Below, piece after piece: positions 61,941 through 64,000 of a stretch of DNA of 64,000 nucleotides (positions are counted from its first letter, which is position 1; the number at the start of each line of letters is the position of its first letter). A program made the position numbers and the translations under genes. The DNA is from Eledone cirrhosa (taxonomy: Eukaryota), in NCBI GenBank assembly GCA_964016885.1, contig OZ024753.1:36766001-36830000 (forward strand), written 5' to 3'. The notes beneath the pieces are model-generated. The model saw only the letters and a list, made by a program, of their open reading frames with translations, searched no databases and was not told where the DNA came from.

Positions 61941-62129
61941 ATTCCGGATGCAATCGGGGGTAACCACAGTAAGTAAGGTACTCAATACAAATAGCAGAGT
62001 ATAAATGTTTTAATATAGAAAAGCTTCTACAGGACTAGAACTGTTTCATTCGTGAGAAATCATCAGGAAGCGCTTCCTGATGATTTCTCACGTATGAAAC
62101 AGTTCTAGTCCTTTAGAAGCTGTTCTATA

Positions 62130-62135
<6 letters not shown>
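61941..62135 (-). mobile_element. Fold-back PLE-like remnant (family C) with back-to-back HHRs at 62023-62071 (-) and 62072-62120 (+)
   Basis: Minus copy GCTTC-CTGATGA-tttctcacgaat-GAAA-CAG ttctagtc CTG-TA-GAAGC; the symmetry axis lies at 62071/62072. Confidence 0.85.
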
Positions 62136-62228
<93 letters not shown>

Positions 62229-62400
62229 CGAAGGAAATGTGGTAAGGAACCAGGTGGACCATAACGCACCAAAGTACTCAATACTTAGGGTAGTAGAGTG
62301 GGTAATAGGAACGAGTAGGACCCCGACGGCTGAGCTCAAGCTGAGTCCAGAATTAGCCATCGAAACGGCTTGAGCTCAGCCGTCGGGGTCCTACTCGTTG

Positions 62401-62493
<93 letters not shown>

Positions 62494-63049
62494 TATATAG
62501 TATTGGCTTCAGTCATAAGACAGTGGACATATATCGACAAGCATACGTGCAAATGAATGTAATCCATATGTATATGCGTTTGATGTTCCTACTGGAGCAT
62601 AACTCTCTCTACTTACGACCATATTTTTTAGGATGTTTTTTTTTAATGTTAACGATATTTTACTATTCATAGACCATCGAAATATACGCAGTTCATGTGA
62701 ATCGAAACGACATTCCAGTCCCTTGAAGATGAGGTTGACTGAACACAGGTGGGAAGTTGATTATATGCTTCACTATATGGAAAGAGATATGAAATGAATT
62801 TACCAACTGTTTATGAGAATATGAGAGGATGAGAACCATCTCTGTCGGATTGATATTTAACTTTAAGTACGCGGATCAATTTTAGTTTTCTACCTCACCT
62901 AAATCATTATATGGGAAAATAACAGTTCTTAGCACACGTACACACATACGTACACACATAGATACACACACACACAAGCACAGATTCACACACATATATA
63001 CACATATATATGGACACGTACCAACACACACAAAAACACACACACACAC

Positions 63050-63140
<91 letters not shown>

Positions 63141-63568
63141 CACATGATCGCACATATACACGCACATTTGAATTCATGCATTTTTTGCGACGCATTAAGT
63201 TTTGCATAACGTCTTTAGAAACAGACCTAGGGATGGCTCTGATCTCAGAAGACACAAACGAAGCTAGAGGCAGCTAACAAGGTAATAAAATCTGAAAGTA
63301 AAGCCCTTGACCCTTCAGAAACCGCTTGTATATAGTGTATATATTTATTTAAAAGTCTGCCTTCGTACTTTTAGGTAAGAAAGTTTAATCAATAATGCTC
63401 CAAATACCAGCTTAATAACGAGGAAATTAGTTCTATAAAATCTGTTTACTTTCTTCATTATTTTCACTATTATTTTAAAATCATAGACGCAGGCTCTTTC
63501 ATTGCAAATATGATAACAAGAGTTAATATATATATATATATATATATGTCATTTTAGTCAATTATATA

Positions 63569-63755
<187 letters not shown>

Positions 63756-64000
63756 CGTTTCTTTTGGCAATAAAACACGTCTGTTAAATGATGCTTACAC
63801 TAATAAGACACTCAAAAATGTCAAACCTCGACCGTTTAATAAAGATTTCACCGTTATGCTAATTTACTTGTTGAAAGAAAACGAGAAGTGTACTCTACTC
63901 GGGTAGGGTACGGGGCTGGGTTGTTAGATTGATTTCGTTTCTCCGGTAAATGCGTTGAAAAGTAAAAAGTCAATAGACCTTAGATAATAAGTTGTATTTC

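Overview
This is an extremely AT-rich, microsatellite-saturated eukaryotic window, dominated by (TA)n with (CA)n, (GA)n, (GAA)n, (CAT)n and (GGT)n. The repeat content suggests an octopod cephalopod (inference from SINE types, not proven). Almost every ORF in the supplied track is a simple-repeat artefact. One plausible host exon was found (58399-58746, +), so the window is probably mostly giant introns. Conventional TE content: tRNA-derived SINEs (often in tandem arrays), RTE-type and L1/Tx1-type LINE 3' fragments, and a mariner-type MITE. The main hidden signal is that many short unique islands inside the (TA)n tracts are fold-back (inverted-repeat) elements carrying type I hammerhead ribozyme (HHR) motifs (stem I-CUGANGA-stem II-GAAA-stem III-UH-stem I'), often with palindromic stem III. 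They belong to roughly ten unrelated sequence families. One of them (59035-61442) keeps the C-terminus of a Penelope-like element (PLE) GIY-YIG endonuclease between two apparently identical 962-bp inverted arms. This points to a (TA)n-targeting, ribozyme-bearing PLE/retrozyme system. A SINE with the same fold-back structure and many inverted duplications of ordinary flanking DNA around (TA)n tracts may be by-products of the same machinery. All folds and coordinates were read by eye; no computation was run.
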